Source: Tatlockia sp. (GTDB lineage: Bacteria; Pseudomonadota; Gammaproteobacteria; Legionellales; Legionellaceae). Taken from it: a stretch of DNA of 64,000 bases. The DNA is taken from assembly GCA_013697955.1 (NCBI GenBank), contig JACCVV010000064.1, positions 3,076 to 67,075 of the forward strand. The letters are read 5' to 3'. The notes under the pieces were generated by a model. The model saw only the letters and a program-made list of their open reading frames with translations. It made no database searches and had not been told where the DNA came from. The translations under genes were made by a program, and so were the position numbers. The stretch's first letter is position 1. Every line of letters begins with the position of its first letter. This document shows positions 1-9,476 of the stretch, piece after piece.

Positions 1-1
1 T

Positions 2-130
2 AGCATCACCAGCATTGAGACCGCCTTGTCCCAATATCAGGGTGGTCTAATCGTTATTTCTCACGATCAGGTTTTTCTTGAAAACATTGGTGTTACAAAA
101 GCAATAACCAGTCCTTTTGTAGTCAATTGA
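2..130 (+). CDS. 3' end of an ABC-type ATPase gene (partial, starts outside the window)
   Basis: Frame 2 reads ...SITSIETALSQYQGGLIVISHDQVFLENIGVTKAITSPFVVN* with stop at 128-130. The xxVISHDxxFL segment is the H-loop region typical of ABC/ABC-F ATPase C-termini. Confidence 0.5.
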   Translation, partial: SITSIETALSQYQGGLIVISHDQVFLENIGVTKAITSPFVVN

Positions 131-150
131 TTTTTTTGCAAAGGCAGGGA

Positions 151-1518
151 TTATGACGAAGGTTCCAGGTTCAAGATCAATTTCTGATTGATAAGCCTAA
201 ATCGCAAGGTCATTAATATTGCGCCTATTAAAAATGCGATTAAAAAACCCAGGTTCAAACCGACAACCCCATACCCCAATGTAAAGCCTAGAAAATAAGC
301 GCTTGGTAAGGCGAATAACCAAAGTAGAGCCATATTCATCCACATAGGCATCCACACATCATGAAGTCCGCGTAAGGCACCTATCCCCACATTGCGTATT
401 GCATCCACAATTTGGCTAAAGGCAGTAATTGATAAAACAATAGTTGCAAGCTCAATTATGCCCTGCTCAGAAAGTGAGTCAGTGAGATAAATGCCGATAA
501 TTTGTTTAGGAAGGAAAATATAAACTCCTGCAATAACTAGCATACACAAAGACACAAATAATAAACTTAAATAGAATATTGACTTAATTATTTCTCTTTC
601 ATTTCGTCCTACTGCCTGACCTATCAGCATAGCTGATGATTGGGCTCCACCCATAGGAAACATAAGGGCAAAAGTGCTACATTGAATAATAATTTGCTGA
701 ACACTTAAGGCCGAAACCCCTAACCATCCCACCATGAGGTTTAAAAAACTAAAAGCTAATAATTCGCCAGAAAATTGTAAGGTAATCGGTAGACTCAATT
801 TTAAAAGGTCAATCATCTGAGAAAGCTGTATTTTTTCTTTGAAATTGAATAAATTATATACTTTAAAATCCTTATGAAAGTATAAATAAAGAACTATCAA
901 TGTAAATACAACCCAATTTACAATGGATGTAGCATAAGACCATCCACCTATTCCCAAACGAGGGAAACCTACATAACCAAAGGTCAAGGCCGTACCTAAA
1001 CAAAGAATGAAAAGAAAAGTCATTAGGCCCCAAAAAATGACCAAATTTCCTTTTTTAATGGGAAAGAATAATTGGTTACAACTAGCTATTAAATATAAGG
1101 GCACCGTTCCCCATGCAGAACCATATAAATACTCCTTTACAAGCGGAATAATTTCATCAGGCTGCCCCAAATAAGACAAAGAATTTGCTACAAAAATCAA
1201 TGCACCAGCTGAAAGCAAACCCAAGCATAAACCCATTAACCAAGCTTGCCGTATGTAGTGTCCTATGGTATCGGTATTCCCTTGCCCAACTGAACGGCTA
1301 ACTACAATACCCACCATTAGTAATGGAGACATACCAATGACTGTGAAAGTCGTTGAAAGCGCAGTTGCCAAGGCACCAGCTGCTACAGCCTGATTACCCA
1401 ATTGAGCAATAAAAATCATTCCAATAATACCAATCACTGTATAGAGGAGTCGAACACTGACTATTTGTGTTGTTAACTGTGCTATGTCTTTGAATATCAT
1501 TGCTCTTTTGGAAGGCAT
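151..1518 (-). CDS. MATE family multidrug/toxic-compound efflux transporter (NorM-like)
   Basis: 455 aa, about 12 hydrophobic segments. The N-terminal pattern (IAQLTTQIVSVRLLYTVIGIIGMIFIAQLGNQAVAAGALATAL) and the internal duplication are typical of MATE proteins. Confidence 0.85.
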   Translation of the reverse strand: MPSKRAMIFKDIAQLTTQIVSVRLLYTVIGIIGMIFIAQLGNQAVAAGALATALSTTFTVIGMSPLLMVGIVVSRSVGQGNTDTIGHYIRQAWLMGLCLGLLSAGALIFVANSLSYLGQPDEIIPLVKEYLYGSAWGTVPLYLIASCNQLFFPIKKGNLVIFWGLMTFLFILCLGTALTFGYVGFPRLGIGGWSYATSIVNWVVFTLIVLYLYFHKDFKVYNLFNFKEKIQLSQMIDLLKLSLPITLQFSGELLAFSFLNLMVGWLGVSALSVQQIIIQCSTFALMFPMGGAQSSAMLIGQAVGRNEREIIKSIFYLSLLFVSLCMLVIAGVYIFLPKQIIGIYLTDSLSEQGIIELATIVLSITAFSQIVDAIRNVGIGALRGLHDVWMPMWMNMALLWLFALPSAYFLGFTLGYGVVGLNLGFLIAFLIGAILMTLRFRLINQKLILNLEPSS

Positions 1519-1574
1519 ATGCTAAAAGGTCCACCAATTTCTTAGGGTCGCAATATTAGCACGAGGTTTCGTTA

Positions 1575-2591
1575 ATGGATAACAAAAATAATAGTCCCCT
1601 TCAGACCATGTCTCAGTGGTTGTTCGGATTTCAAATCTCACAGGCGATTTATGTAGCAACAAAACTGTCTATTGCGGATTTACTGAAAGAAGGCCCTTTG
1701 AATTTTGAAGAGATTGCACGAATAATTAAATGCGACAGCGATGCTGTCTATCGATTATTACGAACCCTCGCTAGCATAAACATTTTCGAAGAACTTTCTG
1801 ATAAATATTTCGCTAACACAGACCTCTCAAGTTTACTGATGGAAACACATGAATCGTCCATCAAATCCAAAGTGCTTTTATATGGCGAAGAACCCTATCA
1901 AGTTTGGGGCAAGCTAATTGATTCTGTAAAATCTGGAGAAGAATCGTTTACCTCTTTATATAAAAATAGCTTTTACTCACACCTTTATCAAAACCCGGAA
2001 CGATTTGAAGTACTAAGTCATTATCTAAAACAAACTGCAGCCCCCAGAGTTCAGGCAATATTACAAAATTATGACTTCTCCAGCACTAAAACGCTTGTTG
2101 ACGTTGGCGGCGGAAGCGGATGTATGCTTGCAGAAATCATTCAAAAATACACACATATTAAAGGCGTCTTGCTAGATTGCGACCCTGTTATCGCAGATGC
2201 TAAACAGGAAGCAATCACAAAAGGCACTGTTACAAATATTGAATGGGTTTCTGGTAACTATCTCGAATCAGTCCCACCTAATGCGGATACCTATCTGTTA
2301 TCACATATTATTCATAGCTTAAACGACGAGCAGGCTCTTATAGTGTTAAACAATTGTCATAGGGCTATGTCAAAAGATGGTAAGTTGATTCTGATAGAAG
2401 CACTCGTTAATGATAAAAATAAATTTGATATCGCTAAATGGATGGATCTCAATATGTTGGTTACTACCAACGGGCGTGAACGCACAGAAAAAGAAACTCT
2501 TGAATTACTTGGCAAAGCGAACTTTCGATTTCTAAGCTGCGTACTTATTCAATCAGGCGTTTATTTAATTGAAGCTCAACCCCTATTTTAA
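1575..2591 (+). CDS. Class I SAM-dependent O-methyltransferase (COMT/Methyltransf_2-like, with N-terminal dimerisation/winged-helix part)
   Basis: 338 aa. SAM motif I is LVDVGGGSGCML. The later DAYLLSHIIHSLNDEQ and GKLILIE motifs match small-molecule O-MTs of natural-product pathways. Confidence 0.8.
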   Translation: MDNKNNSPLQTMSQWLFGFQISQAIYVATKLSIADLLKEGPLNFEEIARIIKCDSDAVYRLLRTLASINIFEELSDKYFANTDLSSLLMETHESSIKSKVLLYGEEPYQVWGKLIDSVKSGEESFTSLYKNSFYSHLYQNPERFEVLSHYLKQTAAPRVQAILQNYDFSSTKTLVDVGGGSGCMLAEIIQKYTHIKGVLLDCDPVIADAKQEAITKGTVTNIEWVSGNYLESVPPNADTYLLSHIIHSLNDEQALIVLNNCHRAMSKDGKLILIEALVNDKNKFDIAKWMDLNMLVTTNGRERTEKETLELLGKANFRFLSCVLIQSGVYLIEAQPLF

Positions 2592-2727
2592 GGCTCTTAA
2601 TTACACTTTAGACAGGTATGGCTTTCATCTTCAAAGTCATATCTTAGTACCTAGGCCTCTTTTTGCGCTAATTTTAAATCCATGCAGGCTAGAAGGATGA
2701 GAGACCTAGCTATTAGTGGGATGTCCT

Positions 2728-4443
2728 CTAAAACATTGTACAACTGCATCGCGAAGCGGAATTATCCTCATCTGCTAGTGAAGAGGAGAAAAAAGAAGGT
2801 GAATAGAGTCGTGCTTTTTCTTTGACATCTGAGCTTTTAAAGATCTCATCATTTTCACTAGCTGTGTTTGTTTGAGCTACTGTATCATCCTCGGCTAGAA
2901 GACTTTTTCTTACTAAACATAGACGTGCTTCATTGGATATTGCACCAGTTAAAATTCCAAATTGTCTTGCAATAAAAGGACCTAATATTCCCATACTAAG
3001 TGGACCAGGACCCAATAAATAACCCATGGAAATTCCAACTCCCAGCATAGATGAAATATTTATCAAAGTCGGCATAAGAAAATCTCCATGCCCTATTAAA
3101 GAACCATTGCTAACTAAACGCACACTATCGATAAGTTGACCAAGCAGATTATTAATTAAATAAATGTACAGTACCATTTTTAAAGTTGAATCATCTAAAT
3201 TTTCATTTTGCAATAACCATTGGGTAGCTGGGACATACGCTGCACATAAACTGCCAGCAAATAATCCTACGCCTGTTAAGCCGATTAAATTGCCCACACG
3301 AGCAATTAATTGTGCTTGTCCCAATCGCTCTTCCAAGGAAGTAAAAATTGCATTTTGAACAGGTGTAATAACTTTTCTAGATAATGCTAAACAGGATTGA
3401 CTAATTGCTATGAGAAAAGCACTTGAAAAATTTACATAAATTGCTGTTGCTTGCAGAATACTAAGGTGTATTTGTCGCTGGGATGGATCATCATTTTTTA
3501 AAGCTCCAATGAATCCAACCAAGGCAAACATTGATAAAGTCTCGGTAAACACTGAAATAAAAACAGGGCCACCTACTTTTAGCAATTCCAACATCCCTTT
3601 TAGTAAATTTTCCCCTCTAGCGCTAAAAAACTCATAGGGATCATTTAATCCGCAACGTAAAATCAAAAGACTAATAGTGAGCGTTGACAGGGATGCAAAC
3701 GAATTTGCATAGCCCAAATGTAATGCCGCTTCACTAGCTGTCAAATTACTATCAAGCGCCCATAAACTGCCTATCAAATTCGAAACCGCGCCTTGCGTTA
3801 ATGCAGGGATGATCAAAAGCCAGGGCTTTTGAACCGCTATAATTGATTGCTGTATTGTGTTGGCTAGAAAGATAAAAGGCAGCCCCGGCATGTACCCTTT
3901 ATAAAAAGATGCCGCAATTTGAGAGGCATTTACAGGAGAGTGCATCACCTTTTCAAATATACTTTCACTGAAATAAAAAGCGATTTCTCCTATCGGGGTA
4001 ATAATAAATAATCCTATTGCAGCCGATCGAAGTAAATTTTCACGCACTTCCTTATAATTTTTTTCAATCACCATGGGGATTGATTTGATATAATTCGAAG
4101 CAGTTACGGTGAATAAAGAGGTTAATAACATACCATTGAATGTATTAATAAGAGCACCCGCTGCAGCTGCATCACTAGAATTATGATAATCGTGGGTATT
4201 TAAAATGACTGAGTTACCATAACTATTTAATGTAGAGATAGTACGAGCAACTACCAGTGCTGATGACATGCTTAAAACATCCCTAAAAGCCGTAAAAAAA
4301 GTTAGCTTTGGTGATTCCTTAAGAGGTTCGTTTTCATTGTCGTCATTTACTATTAATGCTTTTGGATTGTAATCATGCTCGGTTGAATTTTCATCACTTT
4401 CAATAGTGACATAACTATCCTGTTTCGTATAACTCATAAACAC
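2728..4443 (-). CDS. Divergent MATE-like polytopic membrane protein with hydrophilic N- and C-terminal extensions; C-terminus ends in CTMF
   Basis: 571 aa. The core is multi-TM and resembles the neighbouring MATE protein (AAAAGALINTFNGMLLTS versus AVAAGALATALSTTF). It has a polar acidic head of about 50 aa and a polar tail of about 60 aa. Confidence 0.6.
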   Translation of the reverse strand: MFMSYTKQDSYVTIESDENSTEHDYNPKALIVNDDNENEPLKESPKLTFFTAFRDVLSMSSALVVARTISTLNSYGNSVILNTHDYHNSSDAAAAGALINTFNGMLLTSLFTVTASNYIKSIPMVIEKNYKEVRENLLRSAAIGLFIITPIGEIAFYFSESIFEKVMHSPVNASQIAASFYKGYMPGLPFIFLANTIQQSIIAVQKPWLLIIPALTQGAVSNLIGSLWALDSNLTASEAALHLGYANSFASLSTLTISLLILRCGLNDPYEFFSARGENLLKGMLELLKVGGPVFISVFTETLSMFALVGFIGALKNDDPSQRQIHLSILQATAIYVNFSSAFLIAISQSCLALSRKVITPVQNAIFTSLEERLGQAQLIARVGNLIGLTGVGLFAGSLCAAYVPATQWLLQNENLDDSTLKMVLYIYLINNLLGQLIDSVRLVSNGSLIGHGDFLMPTLINISSMLGVGISMGYLLGPGPLSMGILGPFIARQFGILTGAISNEARLCLVRKSLLAEDDTVAQTNTASENDEIFKSSDVKEKARLYSPSFFSSSLADEDNSASRCSCTMF

Positions 4444-4746
4444 ATCCTTAATTTTTTGGGCATTATATCTCTTTCGAACATGAAATACCCTGAAGATTTA
4501 AAAGTGCTAGTGAAAAAATTGACTAATTTCAAAGACTAGTTAGGATTTCTGCTAATTATCTTGATGAATTAATCGATTAAATAGTCAGGGTTAGCTTAGC
4601 AAGGACACCGATTGTCATGATTACAATTATCGCCTATCCAATTTTGAAGGGGTAAAGATTAGCGGTCATGCTCCAGGCTAGTAATTGAATATATTTAACG
4701 CATCATGTAAAGTATTGCCTCACCCATTAAAACGGTAGTTGAACAG

Positions 4747-6027
4747 ATGTCAAAAAGAAAGAGCGAAATCACCCCACTACTGCCCCTGGGTAATTTGAAT
4801 TTAGATACCGCAACTTTAATTACTGAACATTTGCATTTTGGTTCAATAGTCAATTTATCGAGTACTTCCAAGAACAACAACCTCTTTTTTAGACCCCTTT
4901 TAGAAGGAAGGGTTGCAACCTGTATGGTTCATGCAAAAAGCAGAGAGGTCTGTTATTTAGTAAAACATAACCCAGACTTGTTGTTTAAAAAAGAACAAAA
5001 AATCACCGACCCTCGTGGACGAACCTATTTTAATCTGTCGGTTTATCAGCTCATGATAATGCTTCGAGATAAAAAAATGACAGAATTAATCATGCCTCTA
5101 ATTCCGGCTAGGCTTCAATCATTACGCCAAGAACAATTTGAGGAGATTTCTTTTGGAGGGGCAGATTTGGTGAGGTTAAATTTCAACCCCTTAATAGCAA
5201 ATGACTTCAATCGTGTTAGAGAATTTAAAACACAAATAGAAACATCTCTGAATCCCGAAAATGTGACTTTTCCTTTGCTGGAAAACCTCGATGGGCTTCT
5301 TTATTATCAAGATGACAATGGAATAGAGCATTTTTATTATGCTAACTGCGAAAATAAATCAATTAGAGAACTAACCTCAAATTTAGAGCGTAAAAATCCG
5401 GATTTTATCCAATTTAAAAAAACGTTGGAAAATTTTGAACTTAATTCCTCTCGCCGATCAACCAATGATGAGCACCAATTTATAGAAAAAACCTTTGGTG
5501 TTTTGCTGAGGCGCAAGGGAATTCATTTCGAATACGAAGGCATAGGATATCAAGATAATTGTAGTGGTTTTCTACTCATTAACGCCCTTAGGACAAGTTA
5601 CAGACTAAGTGAAGCCGCGCTAAATAATGGCAATTATCTTATAGCTGATGCCTATTGGAAAAATACGGTAGGTAAGCGACAAGGGGATGTAATTTGGCTG
5701 CTTGAGGCGCTCTGTGAGCTTAAAAGACCGCAGAACAAAAACAACCCTACTCCACCCTTCACCATTAAAAGAAATGGTGTTGATGTTACAGTTTTTATAA
5801 ATGGGGAACTTAACAAAGATTTGGGCAGCCGATATGCCATATTTAATGGAGGGAATCAATTAAGATATTACGATGGACAACCCTGGGGCTTGGCAGGCTG
5901 TGCAGGCGTGAGGGGAAATGACTTGCTCTTTGTAAACAAACTTGTTGAAGAGGCCAAAAAAACAGTCATTGAGATGCAACAGCCTGAAAACAGATGTAGC
6001 TCTGAGTGTCAAAGTTTTAAAACTTGA
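4747..6027 (+). CDS. Hypothetical protein with F-box-like N-terminal motif; paralogue of 16512..17810
   Basis: 426 aa. LPLGNLNLDTATLITEHLHFGSIVNLSSTSKNNNLFFRPLL resembles the F-box consensus LPxE..I...L......L..VSK.W..L. It shares the blocks TDPRGRTYFNLSVYQ and LGSRYAIFNGG with the other copy. Confidence 0.55.
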   Translation: MSKRKSEITPLLPLGNLNLDTATLITEHLHFGSIVNLSSTSKNNNLFFRPLLEGRVATCMVHAKSREVCYLVKHNPDLLFKKEQKITDPRGRTYFNLSVYQLMIMLRDKKMTELIMPLIPARLQSLRQEQFEEISFGGADLVRLNFNPLIANDFNRVREFKTQIETSLNPENVTFPLLENLDGLLYYQDDNGIEHFYYANCENKSIRELTSNLERKNPDFIQFKKTLENFELNSSRRSTNDEHQFIEKTFGVLLRRKGIHFEYEGIGYQDNCSGFLLINALRTSYRLSEAALNNGNYLIADAYWKNTVGKRQGDVIWLLEALCELKRPQNKNNPTPPFTIKRNGVDVTVFINGELNKDLGSRYAIFNGGNQLRYYDGQPWGLAGCAGVRGNDLLFVNKLVEEAKKTVIEMQQPENRCSSECQSFKT

Positions 6028-6054
6028 TGCACTTAGCCTGGGGTCCTGCCCACC

Positions 6055-6969
6055 TTAAAAATCTACCATTAAATTTTTGAAATAATCCAAATCATCGTTT
6101 ACATCATCAATTGACTCTTCAAACTTTTGCCTATATTGCTTAAAGGCTTTGTAGGTACCGTCTGACCAAGGATTTTTATAATCTGTCTCTGCCTCAATTA
6201 GCCTTTGATGAACGTTCTCTTTGGTCAATTTCTCTTCCATTGAATTCAATTGAATTGTACGCAAAACTTCTAAAATAGCGGTTGAGCTTTCACGTGAATA
6301 AACATGTTTAGGCGGTTTGGCCAAAGCAACAATCCCCTGCTCAATATGACTCATCATATCTTCAGGTTCTGTCAACTTCTCATTTTTTGAAAATACTTTT
6401 ACAATTTGTCTAGATTCAACCTCTTGTTTACCACATTTGCCTGTGGAGTATATTTCTTTAATGTCATAAGGGGTTAGGCCACCCATGTTTTTAATAAGCA
6501 TGAAATGATGATTCGGTCCGTCGAAATTAAATTTAATAAATTCCAAAATTTTGTAGCGTAAACAATCAAAAATTTTTACTGCTAGTGAATGATCCAGTGT
6601 GATGAAATTATTAGTTGAAGTGCTTGTGTCATAAAGTAGAGCAATTTCTCCGGATTCTCTAAAGTTAAATACCGATTGTGTGATCTCTTCCGCAAAAACA
6701 GAGCTAAGTACAAAGTCTGTAATTGCATAACTGACAGCATCACCTCGAAAGCCATTTGAAACATTATTTCTGAGGATTTCTTGATTATCTACATGTCGCA
6801 AACCAAAGCCTGTATTGTTTTCTATCTGTCCCTTGATTAGATAGACAACAAAATTATATTTGTCTTCATCAGATAAAGAATTGGAGCCGAATAAGAAGTT
6901 ATAAAATGAAGTAATACCCAGCCATACCCAACTAAAAAACGATTTAATTATTTCAAACATAAGACTCAA
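6055..6969 (-). CDS. Hypothetical protein with N-terminal hydrophobic segment
   Basis: 304-aa ORF with no recognisable catalytic motif. N-terminal FFSWVWLGITSFYNFLF looks like a TM segment or signal anchor. Confidence 0.5.
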   Translation of the reverse strand: MSLMFEIIKSFFSWVWLGITSFYNFLFGSNSLSDEDKYNFVVYLIKGQIENNTGFGLRHVDNQEILRNNVSNGFRGDAVSYAITDFVLSSVFAEEITQSVFNFRESGEIALLYDTSTSTNNFITLDHSLAVKIFDCLRYKILEFIKFNFDGPNHHFMLIKNMGGLTPYDIKEIYSTGKCGKQEVESRQIVKVFSKNEKLTEPEDMMSHIEQGIVALAKPPKHVYSRESSTAILEVLRTIQLNSMEEKLTKENVHQRLIEAETDYKNPWSDGTYKAFKQYRQKFEESIDDVNDDLDYFKNLMVDF

Positions 6970-7153
6970 TGATTAAAAAACCAGCAATATAAAGCCCGGC
7001 CAAAATTTTGTCAAGTAGCGAACTTTTGGCCGCTAAATAGCAAGGCACTGCTTATCATTTAAATATTGTGACTTGCTTTGACTCAATTTAGACCTTGACA
7101 AATTCTGAACAAAACTTAAAATACCATCCATATAGAAGGCATACGGATGGATA

Positions 7154-7582
7154 ATGAATGTTATAGACTTAAAGTCCAAAGTTAATGAAAGCGAAAAAAT
7201 CACAATCAATCTCGGATTGATTGATCTAGGTCAAATCGATTTGCTAGTTCAAGAAGGCTTCTATTCCAACCGCAGCGACCTGATTCGAACAGCAATCCGA
7301 AATCATTTGAGCGGCCATGCCGATGTCGTCAAACAAACTGTGGCGCGAAAGAGTCTTGTGCTTGGCTTGCAAGCGTATTCTCGCGCTGAATTAGAAGCGG
7401 TACAGGCCGCCGGTCAAAAATTGCAAATTCAGGTGCTGGGCCTTGCAAGCATTGCTAGGGACGTCACGACTGAACTAGCGATGGCAACCATCGAATCCAT
7501 CACTGTGCTCGGCGCATTTCATGCAAGTGCGGAAGTCAAAGCTGCTCTCGCGGAGCGGATTACTAGTCATTTAAAGAAGTAA
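7154..7582 (+). CDS. Ribbon-helix-helix (CopG/Arc/MetJ-type) DNA-binding protein
   Basis: KITINLGLIDLGQIDLLVQEGFYSNRSDLIRTAIRNHL matches the beta-strand/helix/helix RHH pattern. The stop lies 4 nt before the next gene. Confidence 0.75.
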   Translation: MNVIDLKSKVNESEKITINLGLIDLGQIDLLVQEGFYSNRSDLIRTAIRNHLSGHADVVKQTVARKSLVLGLQAYSRAELEAVQAAGQKLQIQVLGLASIARDVTTELAMATIESITVLGAFHASAEVKAALAERITSHLKK

Positions 7583-7586
7583 TTTC

Positions 7587-8741
7587 ATGATTTTCAATAA
7601 ACATATACGTTCCCAAATAAATGAGGCTACCCAACGACTAATGTCGGGCGGCGCAGCCGCTGTGATCAAAAAAGCACTCAATGGGATACCTGCGGGCATG
7701 GGTAAACCCTCCAGTAGCCCTAAAATTCCTGAATTTGTGACTGACTTACTGGCGAGTTTGGGCTTACCTTCGTTGAATGATGTCGGGACGATGAACCAGT
7801 ATTTTTGGGACCAGGAACAAAGTGTACCGCCAGTCCCAGAAACCGAGGTTGAGGAAATAAGCGGTGGACTTTTCCTGACAAAATCGTATACGAATCAAGC
7901 TGGCACCCGTAATTACAAAGTTTATATCCCATCGAGCTATAATGGGGAGGCGATTCCGGTGATTGTAATGTTGCACGGCTGCACTCAGAATCCCGATGAT
8001 TTTGCCAAGGGCACGCGCATGAATGCCATCGCTGAAGAAATGAAATGCTTAGTCGTTTATCCTGCGCAATCGCAGTCCGCCAATTCAACGAAATGCTGGA
8101 ACTGGTTTAAAGCCATTAATCAACAGCGCGATCGGGGCGAACCCTCCATTATCGCCGGAATTACTGACCAGGTTATCAGTGACTACAAGCTCGACAGGAA
8201 GCGAGTGTATGTTGCCGGGCTTTCTTCAGGTGGTGCAATGGCAATAATCATGGGCAGGACCTATCCGGATCTCTATGCCGCGGTGGGTATTCACTCTGGC
8301 TTGCCCTTTGGCTGTGCACAGGATTTGCCATCTGCCTATGCTGCAATGCGTGGCGCGCAGCCTAAAGTGAGGAGAAAATTTCAAACATCCGATGCTGATT
8401 CCCAACGAAGATCGCTCCCAATCATTGTCTTTCACGGAGACAGCGATAGTACTGTTCATTTTAGCAATGCCGAGCAGTTAATAAACCAGAATGTTTCATC
8501 AGCGCAAGCGCGTGCGGACCGAAAGGATCCTCATATCATTGTGAAGAAGGGTAAAGTCCCCAATGGTCATGCCTTCACTCAAACTTTGCACCAAGATGAA
8601 AATGGACGCACAGTTGCCGAGCACTGGGTCATTCATGGAGCAGGCCATGCATGGGCAGGCGGTAGCAAAAGAGGGAGCTATACTGATGCGCAAGGTCCGG
8701 ATGCTAGTAAGGAGATGATGCGCTTTTTCTATAGCAATTAA
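7587..8741 (+). CDS. PHB-depolymerase-family esterase (alpha/beta hydrolase, LpqC/TIGR01840-like)
   Basis: 384 aa. Family-typical motifs are YKVYIPSSY...PVIVMLHGCTQ, CWNWF and the nucleophile elbow GLSSGGAM, followed later by FHGDSDSTV and HGAGHAW. Confidence 0.8.
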   Translation: MIFNKHIRSQINEATQRLMSGGAAAVIKKALNGIPAGMGKPSSSPKIPEFVTDLLASLGLPSLNDVGTMNQYFWDQEQSVPPVPETEVEEISGGLFLTKSYTNQAGTRNYKVYIPSSYNGEAIPVIVMLHGCTQNPDDFAKGTRMNAIAEEMKCLVVYPAQSQSANSTKCWNWFKAINQQRDRGEPSIIAGITDQVISDYKLDRKRVYVAGLSSGGAMAIIMGRTYPDLYAAVGIHSGLPFGCAQDLPSAYAAMRGAQPKVRRKFQTSDADSQRRSLPIIVFHGDSDSTVHFSNAEQLINQNVSSAQARADRKDPHIIVKKGKVPNGHAFTQTLHQDENGRTVAEHWVIHGAGHAWAGGSKRGSYTDAQGPDASKEMMRFFYSN

Positions 8742-8837
8742 ACCGTTGGTTCTAAAAAACAGGTCACTTTCATCTATAATTTAAATGAAGGAATTCCTTA
8801 TTTGTTGTAAATGATATTAGTTTAAAAGGGTAGAACC

Positions 8838-9476
8838 ATGGATAATTCGTCTCAACTTAAACAATTTTTTTTAAATTCGTATCACCCCCAAAGTACCTTA
8901 TATTCTTGTGGCCCTGCTGTGATTAAAATGGTAGCTAATTATTTTAGAAAAACCGAAAACATCTTTGGACCCATTGATGAATCAATTTTAACTGCAAATA
9001 ATGAATCATTTCTATCAGCCTTATTTAAAACCAATGAGAAAGAGGGGACGGATTTTACAATGATGACAACCATGCTAAATGAAATGGGATGTTTGATAGA
9101 TCATGGACAAATACATAATTCAATTAAAAAGGTAAAATCTTTTCCTCTGCATTTTAAAAAGCTGCTTAAAGAAGGTATTCCAATAGTAGTGAATTATACT
9201 TATCACTTAAAGAAAAAAGACCCGCTTACTCAAAGTAGTGAAGTCGGGCATTTCGGCGTTATTTATGGAGTGAATGATCTTGAAATTTTAATATATGATC
9301 CCGCAGAGCATTTTAAGTTAAATATTGCTAAAGAAAAAATGACAATAACCGAATTTTTAGGGGATTGGAAAAGTGGTAATGGGGAAATCGGTATTTATTT
9401 AATTTTATATCCCAATGAACATAGCTATGAAAGATTGAGTTATGAACTTCATTTAAACAAGTCGAAAAACAACTAA
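8838..9476 (+). CDS. Papain-fold cysteine peptidase, C39-like
   Basis: 212 aa. YSCGPAVIKMVANYF is a candidate catalytic Cys motif typical of Peptidase_C39-like domains. Downstream VGHFGVIYGVND...YDPA supplies candidate His/Asp residues. Confidence 0.6.
   Translation: MDNSSQLKQFFLNSYHPQSTLYSCGPAVIKMVANYFRKTENIFGPIDESILTANNESFLSALFKTNEKEGTDFTMMTTMLNEMGCLIDHGQIHNSIKKVKSFPLHFKKLLKEGIPIVVNYTYHLKKKDPLTQSSEVGHFGVIYGVNDLEILIYDPAEHFKLNIAKEKMTITEFLGDWKSGNGEIGIYLILYPNEHSYERLSYELHLNKSKNN

Noticed and set aside
2592-2727. Possible bidirectional terminator between the convergent O-MT and MATE-like genes (ctaggcctc ... gagacctag).
   Set aside because: The repeat is imperfect (8 of 9 positions) with a loop of about 40 nt and no convincing U-tract, so it is too weak to annotate.
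3164-8693. Short overlapping ORFs at 3164..3358, 4695..4880, 5620..5859, 5652..5840, 6582..6764, 7720..8088, 7764..7976, 8226..8459 and 8499..8693.
   Set aside because: Each lies within, or antisense to, a longer and better-supported CDS. Those in the 7.7-8.7 kb region are typical GC-rich antisense artefacts.
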